Made by a program: the position numbers and the translations under genes
Shown: positions 1-13,871 of the stretch, one piece after another
Numbering within the stretch: position 1 is the first letter of the stretch
How the letters are laid out: each line of letters begins with the position of its first letter
Notes under the pieces: generated by a model
What the model was told of the DNA's origin: nothing
Seen by the model: the letters and a program-made list of their open reading frames with translations, nothing else
Databases searched by the model: none
Assembly (NCBI GenBank): GCA_964016885.1
Contig: OZ024742.1
Coordinates: forward strand, 325,004,001-325,068,000
DNA from: Eledone cirrhosa
Taxonomy: Eukaryota
Direction of reading: 5' to 3'
Length of the DNA stretch: 64,000 nucleotides

Positions 1-28
1 TATGTCAAAATTTATAAAACATACTTTG

Positions 29-90
29 TATTTTATCTGATGAAAGCGTATCAAAGTTTCTGGTAGCCTTGAAATATATATAATAGAATA
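29..90 (+). ncRNA. Type I hammerhead ribozyme motif (PLE pseudo-LTR type)
   Basis: TATTTTAT-CTGATGA-[AAG...CTT imperfect stem II]-GAAA-TATATA-TA-ATAGAATA. Stem I is 8 bp, stem III is palindromic, and a (TA)n tract follows. Confidence 0.6.
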
Positions 91-137
91 AATATGGTTT
101 TATAAATATAGTTTCCATTTATTTAATATCATTGTAT

Positions 138-184
<47 letters not shown>

Positions 185-2992
185 TAAGGAGAACAATGAT
201 GTTTCGTTTACGTGTATTTAGTTTTTTATTGTGTATCAACTTGTTATTCAATAAAAAAACTAAATGCGTGTAAATGAAACTTCGTCGTTTTTCTCAATAT
301 ATAGCCTTTGTTTGTACATCAACTGCTCATGCTGGTATCATTACAAATAATTCACTGAATCTTATACACTTTATATATATATACATACATACATATTGCA
401 AATTGTTCGGATATTTTAAACGTATCTTCACTTCACAGAAACCTGTTATCCGAAGCTTTTTAAGTTTATTTCAATCACGTACAAACAAATACATATGCAC
501 ATATATATATTTCTATTTTAATGTTTTTATTTCTTATTTGTATGTACGAATATGCATGTGTGTGTGTGTTTGACATTTGTTTGTTTGTGTGCACGTGTCT
601 ATCAGTAAACATCCCTGTCTGCTTGTGGTGAACTCACGAGAATAGAGCTTTCATAATGTAAACAGTATATTATTTAACCAAACAGCATATATATATTCTT
701 GTTTATATAGAACAATTGTAAATATTTGGACATGTATATATCAGTTAAAATAATTTTAAAATGTTTTTAAAGTTTTACAACTTTTCTGTTATATTTTTGT
801 TTTAAGTAAATGCATAATTGAAGGTAAGATGGATTTGAATAGGATAAAGGAATTGGAAATTGGCTTCATAAGAAATATGGCTTTGAATAAAAGGGGTTTG
901 TGTGTGAACTATCTACTTATGTGAAATATGTAATTACTGCTGTTCCTGAAGCTTGAGAACAGACCACGATATCGAATAGAATAATGGAAATGGAAATATG
1001 TTACCAGTTGATGTCTACACTGATTCTATAAAGTAAGGCTGCAAGACAGAATTTAAAAATACGGCGATACAGATGAAAGGTATAATCTAAAAATATCTAT
1101 GGAATACATTGATAAATCCTAGTAAAAAACAAAAAATTGTATCGCGCAATACTGCATAACGAATATGATAAAATATTAAAAGAATGATCAAAGCAAATGA
1201 TCAACTTAGGGATGTGGCCAAACTGATATAATTGATATAGTGTAACAACTGATATCAATTAATTAGAAATAGAATGAAACTCCGGAAATGTATCATACTT
1301 ATTAAAACAGCTTCACGAAACATAATCTTTACTATTTTACGAAATGGCTTAAGAGTTAAATCAATTTATGTTTGAATACCCACGCAGTTTAATGAGAAAG
1401 TAGGCCAAATTTAGCACCATGGGTCATGTATGCGTATTTGGCGTAATTAAAAATGATCTCCGCCAATAGTTGTGCTGGTTGTTCGCCAACGATCCCCATA
1501 CGTACATATTTTACACACGTTGATTTTCTTTTACGTACACCTTTGAAACGCAGCTTCTGTTTGTCTGATGAATGCTCTGTTCCATTTAGCTATGAAAAAA
1601 GGAATTGTTTGGACAAACGGTGATAACATTTTAGCAGGATAATTTGATCACCGCTTGTCCAAACATTTCTTAATTATTTCACAAATATACGAAATATTTG
1701 CTTATTTAAGTACTCTGACATTCTCCGCCAATTTTGCTACTGATTAGGTATGATTTAAAAATAAATATAAACAACATATCCGGATTGCCATGGCTAGAAC
1801 ACATTTGAGCTTACATCTGCTTCATGCTGGCGTATCTAGTTCATATCAAAACCAAGAAAATTAAATCAATTTGTCAGATACATAACAGATGGCTACTTTT
1901 CAGACCTAAGCTTCAAACGTTTGATAGACAATATAGTGATAATATAATATCGTCAAATACCAACTCGCGTAACACTACTTCGATTATATTTTATGACAAA
2001 CTAACACCTGGTAAGATCAGCAGTATTTCTCACGAGGACATATGATACATTAACAGGATAATATGGTGCAGTACATATAGATGTAGTTTACAAACGACCA
2101 AACGTTACAGAAAGTTTCCAACTGCATATCATTTATGTAAATGTGACATCCCTCCGAAAGTAATAGTGAATGGGATTTGATATACACACTTTATGAATGA
2201 GAGAGACAGACTGGTAGATAATTTATTCATCTATTTATTTATTCGTCAATCTATCTTTCTGTTTTAATGCATATATAACTATGTGTGTGTGTGTGTGTGT
2301 GTGTGTGTCCAAGTGCTATTTCGACCAATATAAGTACGGATGATAAATATATTCAAATATATAACTATGATGCCTGTGTATGTATTTTATTTGCTTATCT
2401 ATACACCATTATGGTGTAAATATAGAAAGATTTACATAGCTAAGGTGCAATAACCATTGAACAATTTCTAGAAGTAAACGTGGAAGAGAGAGGGAGTAGT
2501 GTGGGTGGTGGAATGTGTGAGACGGAAAGAAAGACCAAGAAGGAAACGGGTTCAGAGATTCGCTGTGAATAATAAACAGAAACTAAAATTCAAATAAAAC
2601 AGTAAGTATGTTCACCGCAATTATTTGTTTATTTTTCGATGACATTGCCGAGGCATATGTGGAAGAAACTTCTAATTTGTTCCGTTTTATTTTGCCTATT
2701 AAGAATGTCCCATCTATTTTATTTGAAGCACGTTTTCATATTAGGAAGGAAAACAAAAATAAATGTTGAGAAATTTGAAGACGTGCCAAATATCACTAAA
2801 ACTTTATAAGTACATAAGGAAGGACCAATATATATATGATATCTTCAATATCACACAATCATGAATGAGTGTTTGTGTGTGTTCGTATGCGTGTCTTTTA
2901 AAGTTTCCTTGTATATATATTTGTGTATGTGTGAACGTGCGTCGGTGTAGTTCTGTCTTTGGAACCGTTGTGCTCAAGTTTCTATGAGTGCG

Positions 2993-3061
<69 letters not shown>

Positions 3062-3085
3062 CTTGTGTGTGTATGTATGTGTGTG

Positions 3086-3141
<56 letters not shown>

Positions 3142-3645
3142 ATATTCATATATATATATGTGTATATATATATATAAATATATACATATATATATATACA
3201 TTACACACACACACGTATAAAAGAAGAAGAAGAAGAAGAAGAAGAAGATCAACAACAACAACAACAACAACAACACAACAACAACAACAACTGAAGATGT
3301 TATAGGCTGATCAAAATACTCTAATGGAATGACCAAATAATGTTTATTTTTCAACATGCCCCATGGAAGAAAATAATGCAATTACTATTAATGTATGCAG
3401 GATTTCACAGCCATAGCATCACTCGTTCATAGTCCGCCTATGAACGTTTCAGCCCACCCTCATATATATATTTCAAAAGACAGTAAGGTTCTATACAAAA
3501 CAGGGGTTATAATGAAAAGGTGGAATTGAAAATAGCTCGGAAAATATATTTATGGATCTCTTTTTCCTTTTTTCTCCTTTGATTCGTGAAAGTAACATTA
3601 TTGAAAAAATGAGAGGACCAATTCTTCAAAACAAAGAGTTTTATA

Positions 3646-3701
3646 ATACTCTTTTACTCTTTTACCTCTTTCAGCCATCCGGCTGAGGCCATGCTGGGGC
3701 A
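3646..3701 (-). mobile_element. 3' tail fragment of a retroposon (SINE/LINE) ending in (GTAAAAGA)n
   Basis: tactcttttactcttttacc...gccatgctggggca is the reverse complement of the copy at 32238-32298. Confidence 0.55.
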
Positions 3702-3728
3702 TACATAATGTATATAAAATATATAAAA

Positions 3729-3772
3729 CATAACCGGTTTCGATGTATCACTATGGACCATCTTATCCAATG
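3729..3772 (-). ncRNA. Degraded A8-type hammerhead-like motif
   Basis: Minus strand reads CAT-TGGATAA-GATG..CATC-GAAA-CCGG-TT-ATG. All three stems are present, but U4 is replaced by G. Confidence 0.45.
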
Positions 3773-4354
3773 ATGAATATTATAATTAGGAAGATTTTAA
3801 AAAGGGTAAAAAGAATAAAAGTTGTTTTACAATTTAAAATTAAGTGTTGAAACGATCTGTTCATCTTCAGGACATAAATTTGTATATATGTATGTATAAT
3901 TGCGTATCGGAGACTGTCTTTTATATTGTAACTATGATGTGCGCTCCTTAACCTGACATTTTCTCTTGTTTTTCTGCTTGCTCAAACATATTTATGTTAA
4001 TTAGTTAATCAGATACATTGTCAGTGTCTGTTAGGTGTTATATACAACGTCCAAACTCTCATCTCTATATTACACATTTGAAAATAATGTATTACAATGA
4101 TTTCTGTAAATTCTGTTTAATATAGTAACCCGAGAGATCTGGTATTTTCTTATAAATTGTTACAGTTGGTGATTTTGAAATATGAGCATAATTCGCCTGA
4201 TGAACCGATGTTACTTGCGAATTAGTTTGCAACGTGTAACTCTCATGGTGAGAATGACAACAACATTATCTGAAACATATATATACACACACACGCGTGC
4301 ATACACACACACGTACATACTCATACACTCACGCACACGCACATGTACACATAC

Positions 4355-4615
<261 letters not shown>

Positions 4616-5612
4616 AGATTTACGCATGAAAAAACCTCTCATGTGAACATTGTCATTAGACACAGAACATTAAACATTTCATATTATATTGTTCGATAAA
4701 CGAATGAAATCTAAACATCACATAATGCACTGCTTTGAATTTGGTATATTTATGGATAAATATTCCATGTCCGATGTAGTTTTTAAGGGATTCAACTATC
4801 TAAGTGACGTTCGATGCATTTATAATATTTCTACACATGCTTTTGATCATTTGTTATATTATTTCTGTGATCATTCATTGATGATATCTACGTATGTTGT
4901 ATTATAATGTATTAGGCTACTAAAACAAGCAATATATCTTACACTCTAGCATGTAATATTCCATAGGCATTGAACAGATTAATGGGCAAATGCGTTCAGT
5001 TCATGTGTTTGCATATGTTTGTTCTCCCGTATAAATGCAGTCAATCATCCTCGCATTTTCTTCTCCCTTGTTCTCTTTCTCTCTGTATACATATACATAT
5101 ACATTTTTTTTTCTTCTAATTTTTGATTTTCGATCTTCGATTCGTGGTGTTTAATTTGCTACTTAGATGCCGAACCTGATGCTGATCTTAATGTTAATGT
5201 CGCAATTAATTTTAACTTAGCCACGCCTACAACATAAGCCGCTGGCACATTCCAATCATGCATACATTCCACTTACATTTCATATATACTGCTATGAAAC
5301 ACACACCCTATATATTCCATGTATACATCCACTCCATGTACATCTCATATATACTATTATGAAATGGATGTTATACACATCCACAATATATATAACTTGT
5401 TTGTGTACGTACGCACGGTCCCCATGTGTCCTGCATCATGTGTAGACTCCTACCCAGTCCCTTAGATCACCAGTCCCCATGTATATTATATAATCATATG
5501 CACCACAGCCCTCAAGTATTTTAAGCAACTTTACGCACACCTCAATATTGTCCGGACCCCCCTCTGCATCCTTGTCATGTATACATCCCTTTTTCCAGCA
5601 TTTTATTTTATA

Positions 5613-6181
5613 CTAGCAGTCGTACCCGGCGTTGCACGGGATAAGGTATTTTGGAACGCGGGTCGTCAACAGACCTAATCGTGGAAAAACTGCAAGCCTA
5701 GACAATATGTAAAGAAAATAAACCGAATACTCTGATGATAGCTGGATAATCAAGATTTTCCTTGATGAAGCAGGAAAAATGCAGGTTTTCACCTAGCGGA
5801 TCAAGAAAATGAATTTTTTTATGTGCATAACATGCATTGAAATTTCAGAAAAATCGGCTAGACGTAACGCCTCAAAAAAGTCCTAAAAAGCTGAAAAAAT
5901 GAAGTTTTTCACCTAGGTCATAAACAAGTTGGATTTTCTTTGCTCACGGTATGAAGAAGAGACTGACTAATACCTAGTTACAATTTCAAGGAAATCGGTC
6001 TGACTTAACGCCTCAAAACCCCCCCCAAAAGCTGAAAAAACGCAGTTTTTCACCGAATGCGGACCCTAGGGGATCAAAACGTTGAATTTTTTATGTGCAT
6101 AACACTCCCTGAAACATAAGTAATACACATGTAAAGTTTGAAAAAATCGGTTGGGTACTTCTCGAGTTTTAGGGATTCAAA

Positions 6182-6242
<61 letters not shown>

Positions 6243-6263
6243 CCACAGTTTTATATATATAGA
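5613..6263 (-). mobile_element. Non-autonomous Helitron
   Basis: Minus strand starts A|TC (6263), has a (TG)n tract near the 5' end, and ends with hairpin CCCGTGCAACGCCGGG then CTAG|T (5613). About 140-bp internal subrepeats. Absent from the paralogous repeat near 48765. Confidence 0.9.
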
Positions 6264-7169
6264 TTATATTATTTTATATTATTTTATTTTATTTTATGTA
6301 CGTACAGGCATGTTTTATATATATGTGCCACCCAAGTTGTATGTGATTAGTGCAAGGATACTATGCGGCTATAGTAATTATGCATATTGTGCATGCTTTT
6401 TCGGGCTTATATCGCCACATGATCGGGTTGGGTCCAAGCCTCAATAATTGTCTCATACAATACTATGTGCAACATGTGCACAGTTGCGCTTGTGTGTACG
6501 GATGGGAGGGTATTCATCAAGTATGTGCCTTCGGTAATGTATAAGCATGTATCTATGTGTGTCCCACGCAAATATGTATGCGCACGTGTGTACACATGAC
6601 TTGGTGCATGTATTTGTATGACCATGTGTGTGTGAGGGTATGAATGCCTATGTGTAGATCTTTCTATTTTTCATCTGTGTATATATGTGCAGCGTCTTAA
6701 CTATACACGTTTCCTGAGTACAATGTGTGAGTGCAGATATGTGTATATTTATCAAAAATACATTCGAAATATGGCTGTGTTCTTGAAACGTTATATTTTT
6801 CTAATTTGTATTAAAAATTCCTTCCAAGCATTATTTACTTTGATTATCGCATACAATACAGTTGCGGCTGTGTACGTGATCGGTGTGAGCGAGGGCGCCA
6901 ACAGACATAAAAGTCGCCGAAGAGCCACCAGCAGTTCAAGCATACAACCCCTTACCTACTACAGTAGTAATTCCGATCTAAGAAACAACTTTGATTGACA
7001 GGTGGAGAATGAAAAGAACCAAATAGTGGAGAACCATGAGTGGCTAGAAATATCGATGACATGTACTACAATTCTTGACCACTCATAGAATGACAACAAC
7101 AGGATCTAAGCCGACAGGCGAAGGATATCGATGTAAAAGGACATTAGGAAAATCTGCTTCGAAGAATCA

Positions 7170-7266
7170 AACCGTAACTGAGGACCTTGCGATTTTCAGA
7201 GTCAGGTTCGATCATCACATCGATCGTGCCTCGAGCTGGTCGCCAGAGAAACGATTATAATATGTC
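7170..7266 (+). ncRNA. Hammerhead motif with expanded, branched stem II (degraded copy)
   Basis: CTGAGGA...GAAA-CGATTA-TA-ATATGTC; a better-paired copy lies at 48074-48169 (-). Confidence 0.45.
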
Positions 7267-7328
7267 CAATAAATTCTATTCGTCGCAACACTGATTCTCT
7301 TTTTGTGTGATATATATATATATATATA

Positions 7329-7555
7329 AGAAAAAAAGATGAAATCGAAAATGCAACTGGAGTCTTATTTAAAAAGTCTTATTTAAAAAAAGTAGAGTTG
7401 AGATGGAGGGTCTGTGGTTTTTCTCACCACAGACCCTCCATCTCAACCCTACTTTTGAAAAGCAGAAGAACTGCGAAACCGGTAAAGGAACCAAATAAAT
7501 ATATATATATTTTTTTAAATAAGACTCCAGTTGCATTTTCGATTTCCTCTTTTTT

Positions 7556-7559
<4 letters not shown>
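7329..7559. mobile_element. Fold-back PLE pseudo-LTR fragment in (TA)n (family F1)
   Basis: Inverted arms gaaatcgaaaatgcaactggagtctt / aagactccagttgcattttcgatttc and gagatggagggtctgtgg / ccacagaccctccatctc. (TA)n on both sides. Sister copy at 55915-56050. Confidence 0.75.
7452..7487 (+). ncRNA. Minimal type I hammerhead with U3-A8 core
   Basis: CTT-TTGAAAA-GCAG-AAGAA-CTGC-GAAA-CCGG-TA-AAG, with palindromic stem III (ACCGGT). Confidence 0.65.
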
Positions 7560-7641
<82 letters not shown>

Positions 7642-9383
7642 GCAGGGAGAGAGAATTAGTGAGAGAAAAACAGAGAGAGATAGGTGTGATGTTATTCAAT
7701 ATGGCCAGTAGAACCATGATCTAATCAGACAGCTTCTTACATAATAAGGTTACCTTCTCGAAGCAATCCAAATTAAAACGACAAGGGAACGGACAAAGAT
7801 GATGTTCTGGAAGCCTTCGCCTGTTCCCATTCCACTGAAGATCTTATATCCAATTATATATATGTTAAGGGTGCCCGTGGCTGTGAAATGCTTAGATATA
7901 GCGTGTGCAGATCCATTTGTTTGTGAAACAAACGGTAAATAAATAAGTTATCCCTGGTTTCACGCTTATATATAATTGGATATCAGATCTTTAGTGGCAT
8001 AGACATTTAGTTTGTTGTTCGAGTCACCGGTCATATGTATGTCTACCAATTTAGATCATTTTGGTAAATGCATGATCATAAATAACTATTACCTCATAAA
8101 ATCATACATATTCATTGATATTAGAGTTACATACACACACACGTACACACACGCACATACACACACACACTCACTCATACACGAACACACACACATACAT
8201 ATAAATACTTTTATATAACATGCCCTTGTGCATCTTTGCTAGAGAGTGGGGTCAAAGAAAGAATTTTAGAAATTACAACGTGAGTATTTGGGAACAGATC
8301 TAGATGAAAACAAAATGAAAAATATTTAAATAATGAACAGAAACATGAATGAGTTTATTTTTAAGGAAATTCCACACTAATTCATTCAAAACAGATGACC
8401 TTGGTATTAGTATTAGCCTTTCTTATGAGGTTGACACATTTATTATGCTCTAGTCTCCTTGCATCAGAGAACGGAATAAGTAAATTAGGGTGAGAAACTC
8501 AACTAACAAAATATAAAAGACTCTTAACTTCTATTGGAAATACAGAGACGCAGTCCTAACAGGGAGAGTGGTTCGGGCCCCTTTAAATTGGCGTAAGCCA
8601 TCTCCAGGTTTGAAGAGAGCTGATATTTCCAGAGAAAGACTGAAATAAATAAAGATAGGGAATGAACCAAACCCAGGACTACGATGGTGCTGTTTTTATC
8701 GAGATGGAAAGTATATAAGCCAAAGTTGATCTCAGCATGATTTGAATTCAGATTTCAGTGAAAATGAACAAGTGCTGAGATATTGACGCCATAACAAATC
8801 AGCAAGTTCACTGCGTTCACTACTTCAATACTAACAAATAACGTTCTCTGTCTTGCTCTCTCTCTATCCCTCTCTCTCTCCCTTTCTCTCTATCTATCTA
8901 CCCCCCCCCCCTCTCTCCTCTTCTTTCTCCCTTTCTCCTCTTTCTCTCCGACGAAATGTTTCACTCCAAATTTCAATCACCAGTCCCTCACGATAAGCCA
9001 ATTTATTCCACTTTTGTACTGTTTATAATGACCATTTCCCGACACCAATCATTATCCACTTTCATGGGTTCTACTTTTCCCCATAAAGGTATTATTGTAA
9101 ATAATCTTAGCTTTCTGAGTAATTACTTGTAATTATTCGGCATATATATGTTGATAACTTTTAATATATATGAACCCTGATCGTGCTGACCTATCATCTA
9201 AAGCATTCCGACGTAGCCATTTCGAAATGATTATATGTAGGTGAGTTTATTGTTCAGTGTGTCTATTATTTCTCTCGGTAAAAGTTTATTTCAGATCTCT
9301 CTTGGATACAGTGCTTGGAGCAGACTAGACATTATGGAAACATTGCATATGTTACTAACACGAAAAAGTGGCACTAGTAGGAG

Positions 9384-10078
<695 letters not shown>

Positions 10079-12091
10079 ATTCAAACTACCTGCAGAATAA
10101 TGAATGATCTGTAATTGATTAGACATATGGGTTAGCTCTAATATGAAATGCAAATTTCACCGGCTGGAGCATCTCATTGTTTAGTTGTATCTACTTATCT
10201 ACCCTAGTGCATATCGACTAAAAGTAATCTTAGTCAATTGAACACAATTGATAATTTAATCTATGTTCCATTAATCTTTTCGGGAATCTTCACACTTCGA
10301 CATTCATACACAGATCAATAATAATTTTACCGGTATCAAATCTATACATATTTGATTTAAACGTAAATTAATACACTGTCTAGGTGATATCAAGCAGAGT
10401 ATAGAGTAGATAGGTTCCGAGTTAAGTGAATATGATAATCGGGCTTCTCTTCTCTATCCTTCAGTTATTTTAATTCTCCCTGGTTGCTAATGTTGTTGAT
10501 GAGGCATATATAACACGAACATCAACATATATCAGATTTAAAACCTTTTATAAAATCACGAAAAAAATGATATTGTCTTTCGGTGTTTCCCTACCAACAT
10601 GCTATTTAATGTAATCATAATCTCATTCATCATGAACAAGACGATCATGAACAAAACCATCGTCATCGTTATCTTTTATCAATCACTAAACACATCAACA
10701 CTTTAAATATTACCAACCCAACCGCTGCAACGCTATTAACAAATACCATAAATCCATCTTCAACCCACCATATATAATGTTATATCATTTGTTATATCTA
10801 CAATTGTTATATCTATATTATGTCTACCATTGTTATATCTATCGTAGCCAACATAAAAACAACAACCTCAAAGAGTACATCAGCGGTAGCAACAACGAGA
10901 GCTATAATGAGAATAACAGCAAGAACAGAAATATATCATGAATTTGTTTACTCATATTTCTGGCATTAATAAATAAAGAGTTATTGTATGAATTTATAAG
11001 AAACCTTGCAAGTTCACTAGTATAAACACTATGACCATTCTACGTCTAATATCTAAACTTCAGTGAAATTACATTTGTACTGAGTGTCAAAACGAAGTAC
11101 CCATTGTTAATAATAGAAATATTTCCAGCAACAGCTGGAAAGTTTTCACCATAGGTCTGCAGCATGAAGACTTTGAATAAGAACAGCAGCGACAGCCACA
11201 TCAACAGCGAAAGATAAGCACCAACAATACCAACAAAAACAATAGTGACGGCAACAAATACGCATGTAAAATATATCGCTCCTAACATCATCTGTGGATG
11301 TTGATGTTAATATGCCCTGGAAGGAGCGAAATCATGTTTATGAGATCCTACGACAATCCTACCTAATATGCTCTCCCGTTTGTATTAAAATGTCACATGT
11401 GATTAGAGGGAGATTTGACTGCCATAACCTGGAGATCATCAGAACAGGTAGGAGTTTATCCATTGTTGTTTATCCCTAAGCCATCTCTAAGTAATGACTT
11501 GATAGCAATGATCATCTCATCTGTTATACTTTCAGACCAGATGTAAGTAGAATTAGATGTCTTGAAGACAGTAGTGGGCATTTGGAAGAGATTTTGATGA
11601 GGTTTGAAGAAAATCGAATGACCAAAAATTAGCTCATTCATTATAATTTCTGTTGCTATTATAGTTGTTGTTGTTGTTGCTAATAGTGACTGTGATGATG
11701 ACTATGATGATGATGATGACGATGAAAATGAGGGGGACAATGATAATAATATAAACAATATCAAGAGCAATCGACAAAAATTCCGCTGAGGTCAACTTGG
11801 CTTTTTATCCGACGGAGTAGTGAGGACACTGATAAATACAGTACCTAGGTTTGAACTGTGATTAGATAAAGGCAATGAATCATCGCATATTTAGCCTTGT
11901 GATATTACTTCCGTCTCTTTACTTCCTGAGTCTGGCCTGCTTGGATTGTACACTAATTCGCCACCCGATTTCAACCAACAAATGCATGACAATTGGCTGC
12001 TTTTATCGGTGCCCCATTCTAACTTACAACATTCTAAAGCCATATATATTTCATATTATTAAAATCTAAGATAATGAATGACATTTTTCTA

Positions 12092-12260
12092 TCTTCTTCT
12101 TCTTCTTCTTCTTCTTCTTCTTCTTCTTCTTCTTCTTCTTCTTCTTCTTCTTCTTCTTCTTCTTCTTCTTCTTCTTCTTCATCATAATGTTCGTTTTCAA
12201 CTGTTTCCCCATAATGTTCTTATTATATTCAGTCAGTCAATCCAACAGTAGTAGTAGTAT

Positions 12261-12316
<56 letters not shown>

Positions 12317-12617
12317 ATAGTAGTATGATGATGTTGATGACAGTGATGGATAAAAAGGAAAAAAAGAAAGAACGAAAGAAAGAAGAGAAGTGAAATTGAG
12401 AGAAGTATAGTGAGTAGACAAACTTAGTATCGATATAAATAGTTAAAACTACTAAGTTTTCATAGTATTGATTAAGGAAAGATTTGACAGCTCAAAATGT
12501 CTTTTTTCAGTTTAGAATAAAGTGGCATTGGAAAACTTCATTTGACGACGATGTTGATAGCAACGACGACGTCGACGATGATAACGACATTGATGACGAT
12601 GATGACGATGATGATGA

Positions 12618-12651
<34 letters not shown>

Positions 12652-12652
12652 G

Positions 12653-12702
<50 letters not shown>

Positions 12703-12731
12703 ACTACTACTAATGATGATAATAATAATAA
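12092..12731. repeat. Trinucleotide microsatellite island: (TTC)n, (AGT)n, (GAC/GAT)n, (TAC)n, (TGC)n, (AAT)n
   Basis: Directly visible. Confidence 0.95.
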
Positions 12732-12920
12732 TTGTTTATACATTTGGCACAAGGCCAGCAATTACCCAGTGCATAATTTTATACTTATTTTATCGACCCC
12801 GTAAGGAGGAAAGGCAAAGTTAACCTCGGCGAGATTTGAACTCAGAATGGCAAGGGCCGTAACTCTATGCATCAAAGCATGGTCTCCGACCCTCTACCGA
12901 TACTGCCAATCCACCGCCCC
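12722..12920 (-). mobile_element. tRNA-derived SINE with Deu/Nin-like central domain and (ATT)n tail
   Basis: A-box TGGCAGTATCGG, B-box GAGTTCAAATC, central GCCTTTCCTCCTTACGGGGTCGATAAA. Several copies occur in the window. Confidence 0.8.
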
Positions 12921-12957
<37 letters not shown>

Positions 12958-12970
12958 TAATAATAATAAT

Positions 12971-13845
12971 GATTTCTTTATTAACCACAAGGGTTTACAT
13001 AAAGTAGACATTAAGGACAGTGCAGGACAATGCAGGACGGTACAAATGGGCATTTCTGCGTGTAAAAAACAAAAACAGAGGATGTAACAAAAAATAACAA
13101 TGAAAAATTCCCCAATAGGGGGGAGACTTCGGAGGGACATTTGTGGAGAAAGCCCAGTAAAAAGCCACAATGACCCTGACCACCAAGGCAAGTGCCCTCT
13201 CCCAGTTTTCCACCTTTAATTTACAGATATATGCTCAGAGTAGGCCCATTCACTCGGGCCATTCTTGCTTCTCTCACCCATCTTTCAACAAAATGCTGGG
13301 AAGAGAGCACTTCCCTCTCTACTCTGATTTTCCTTTTCAAATGAAATTTGAAAAAGTCAATCAGAGCATCACCGAAGAGGTAAGTGCTCGTCTTCAGCCC
13401 TTTCAAACGTGTCCACCATACTATCTCTTTCGCCATGGCCACCAGGCAGATAAAAACTGCCTGCCCTTCCCGGCTAAAGGAGGAGGGCGGGGCAATCCTC
13501 ACGATGGACTCAGATGATAGCCGGATCCGTCCTAAACGCGACAGCAGGTGTTCGACATAAACCCACAAGTCAGCAATTTTCGGACACTGGACGAGTGCGT
13601 GCAGGACGGTTTCGTCGCCCTGCGCGCATCTCGGACATGCCCGGCTGACGGCACCTCCATGCCTGTAGAGTTTATCCCGAACTGGCAAGGCTCCTCGGTA
13701 GCACTGCCAGGCCAGAGATTTCTGGAAGTTGTCCATAGGCCCCGGCCCGAAAGTTCTTCCGAAGAGATTGGCTAGTTGATTTTCGTCGACGCCTAGAGTT
13801 TCCCCAAGTACGTCGTCGCTCTTCCCCTCCACTAATACTCTATAG
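12971..13845 (-). mobile_element. 5'-truncated L1/Tx1-clade LINE (ORF2 C-terminus plus 3'UTR)
   Basis: ORF 13221-13907(-) contains WQCYRGALPVRDKL...CPRCAQGDETVLHALVQC (zf-RVT-type CCHC region). AATAAA lies just before the (ATT)n. (AAT)n on both sides. Confidence 0.8.
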
Positions 13846-13871
13846 AATGATAATAATAATAATAATAATAA

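Larger units (their letters stand above)
5122..7315 (+). mobile_element. Non-coding PLE-derived repeat, copy A (interrupted by a Helitron)
   Basis: 5122-6905, minus the Helitron, aligns with 48245-49530. 7093-7315 is the reverse complement of 48023-48247 and carries a hammerhead motif. Ends in (TA)n. Confidence 0.7.
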
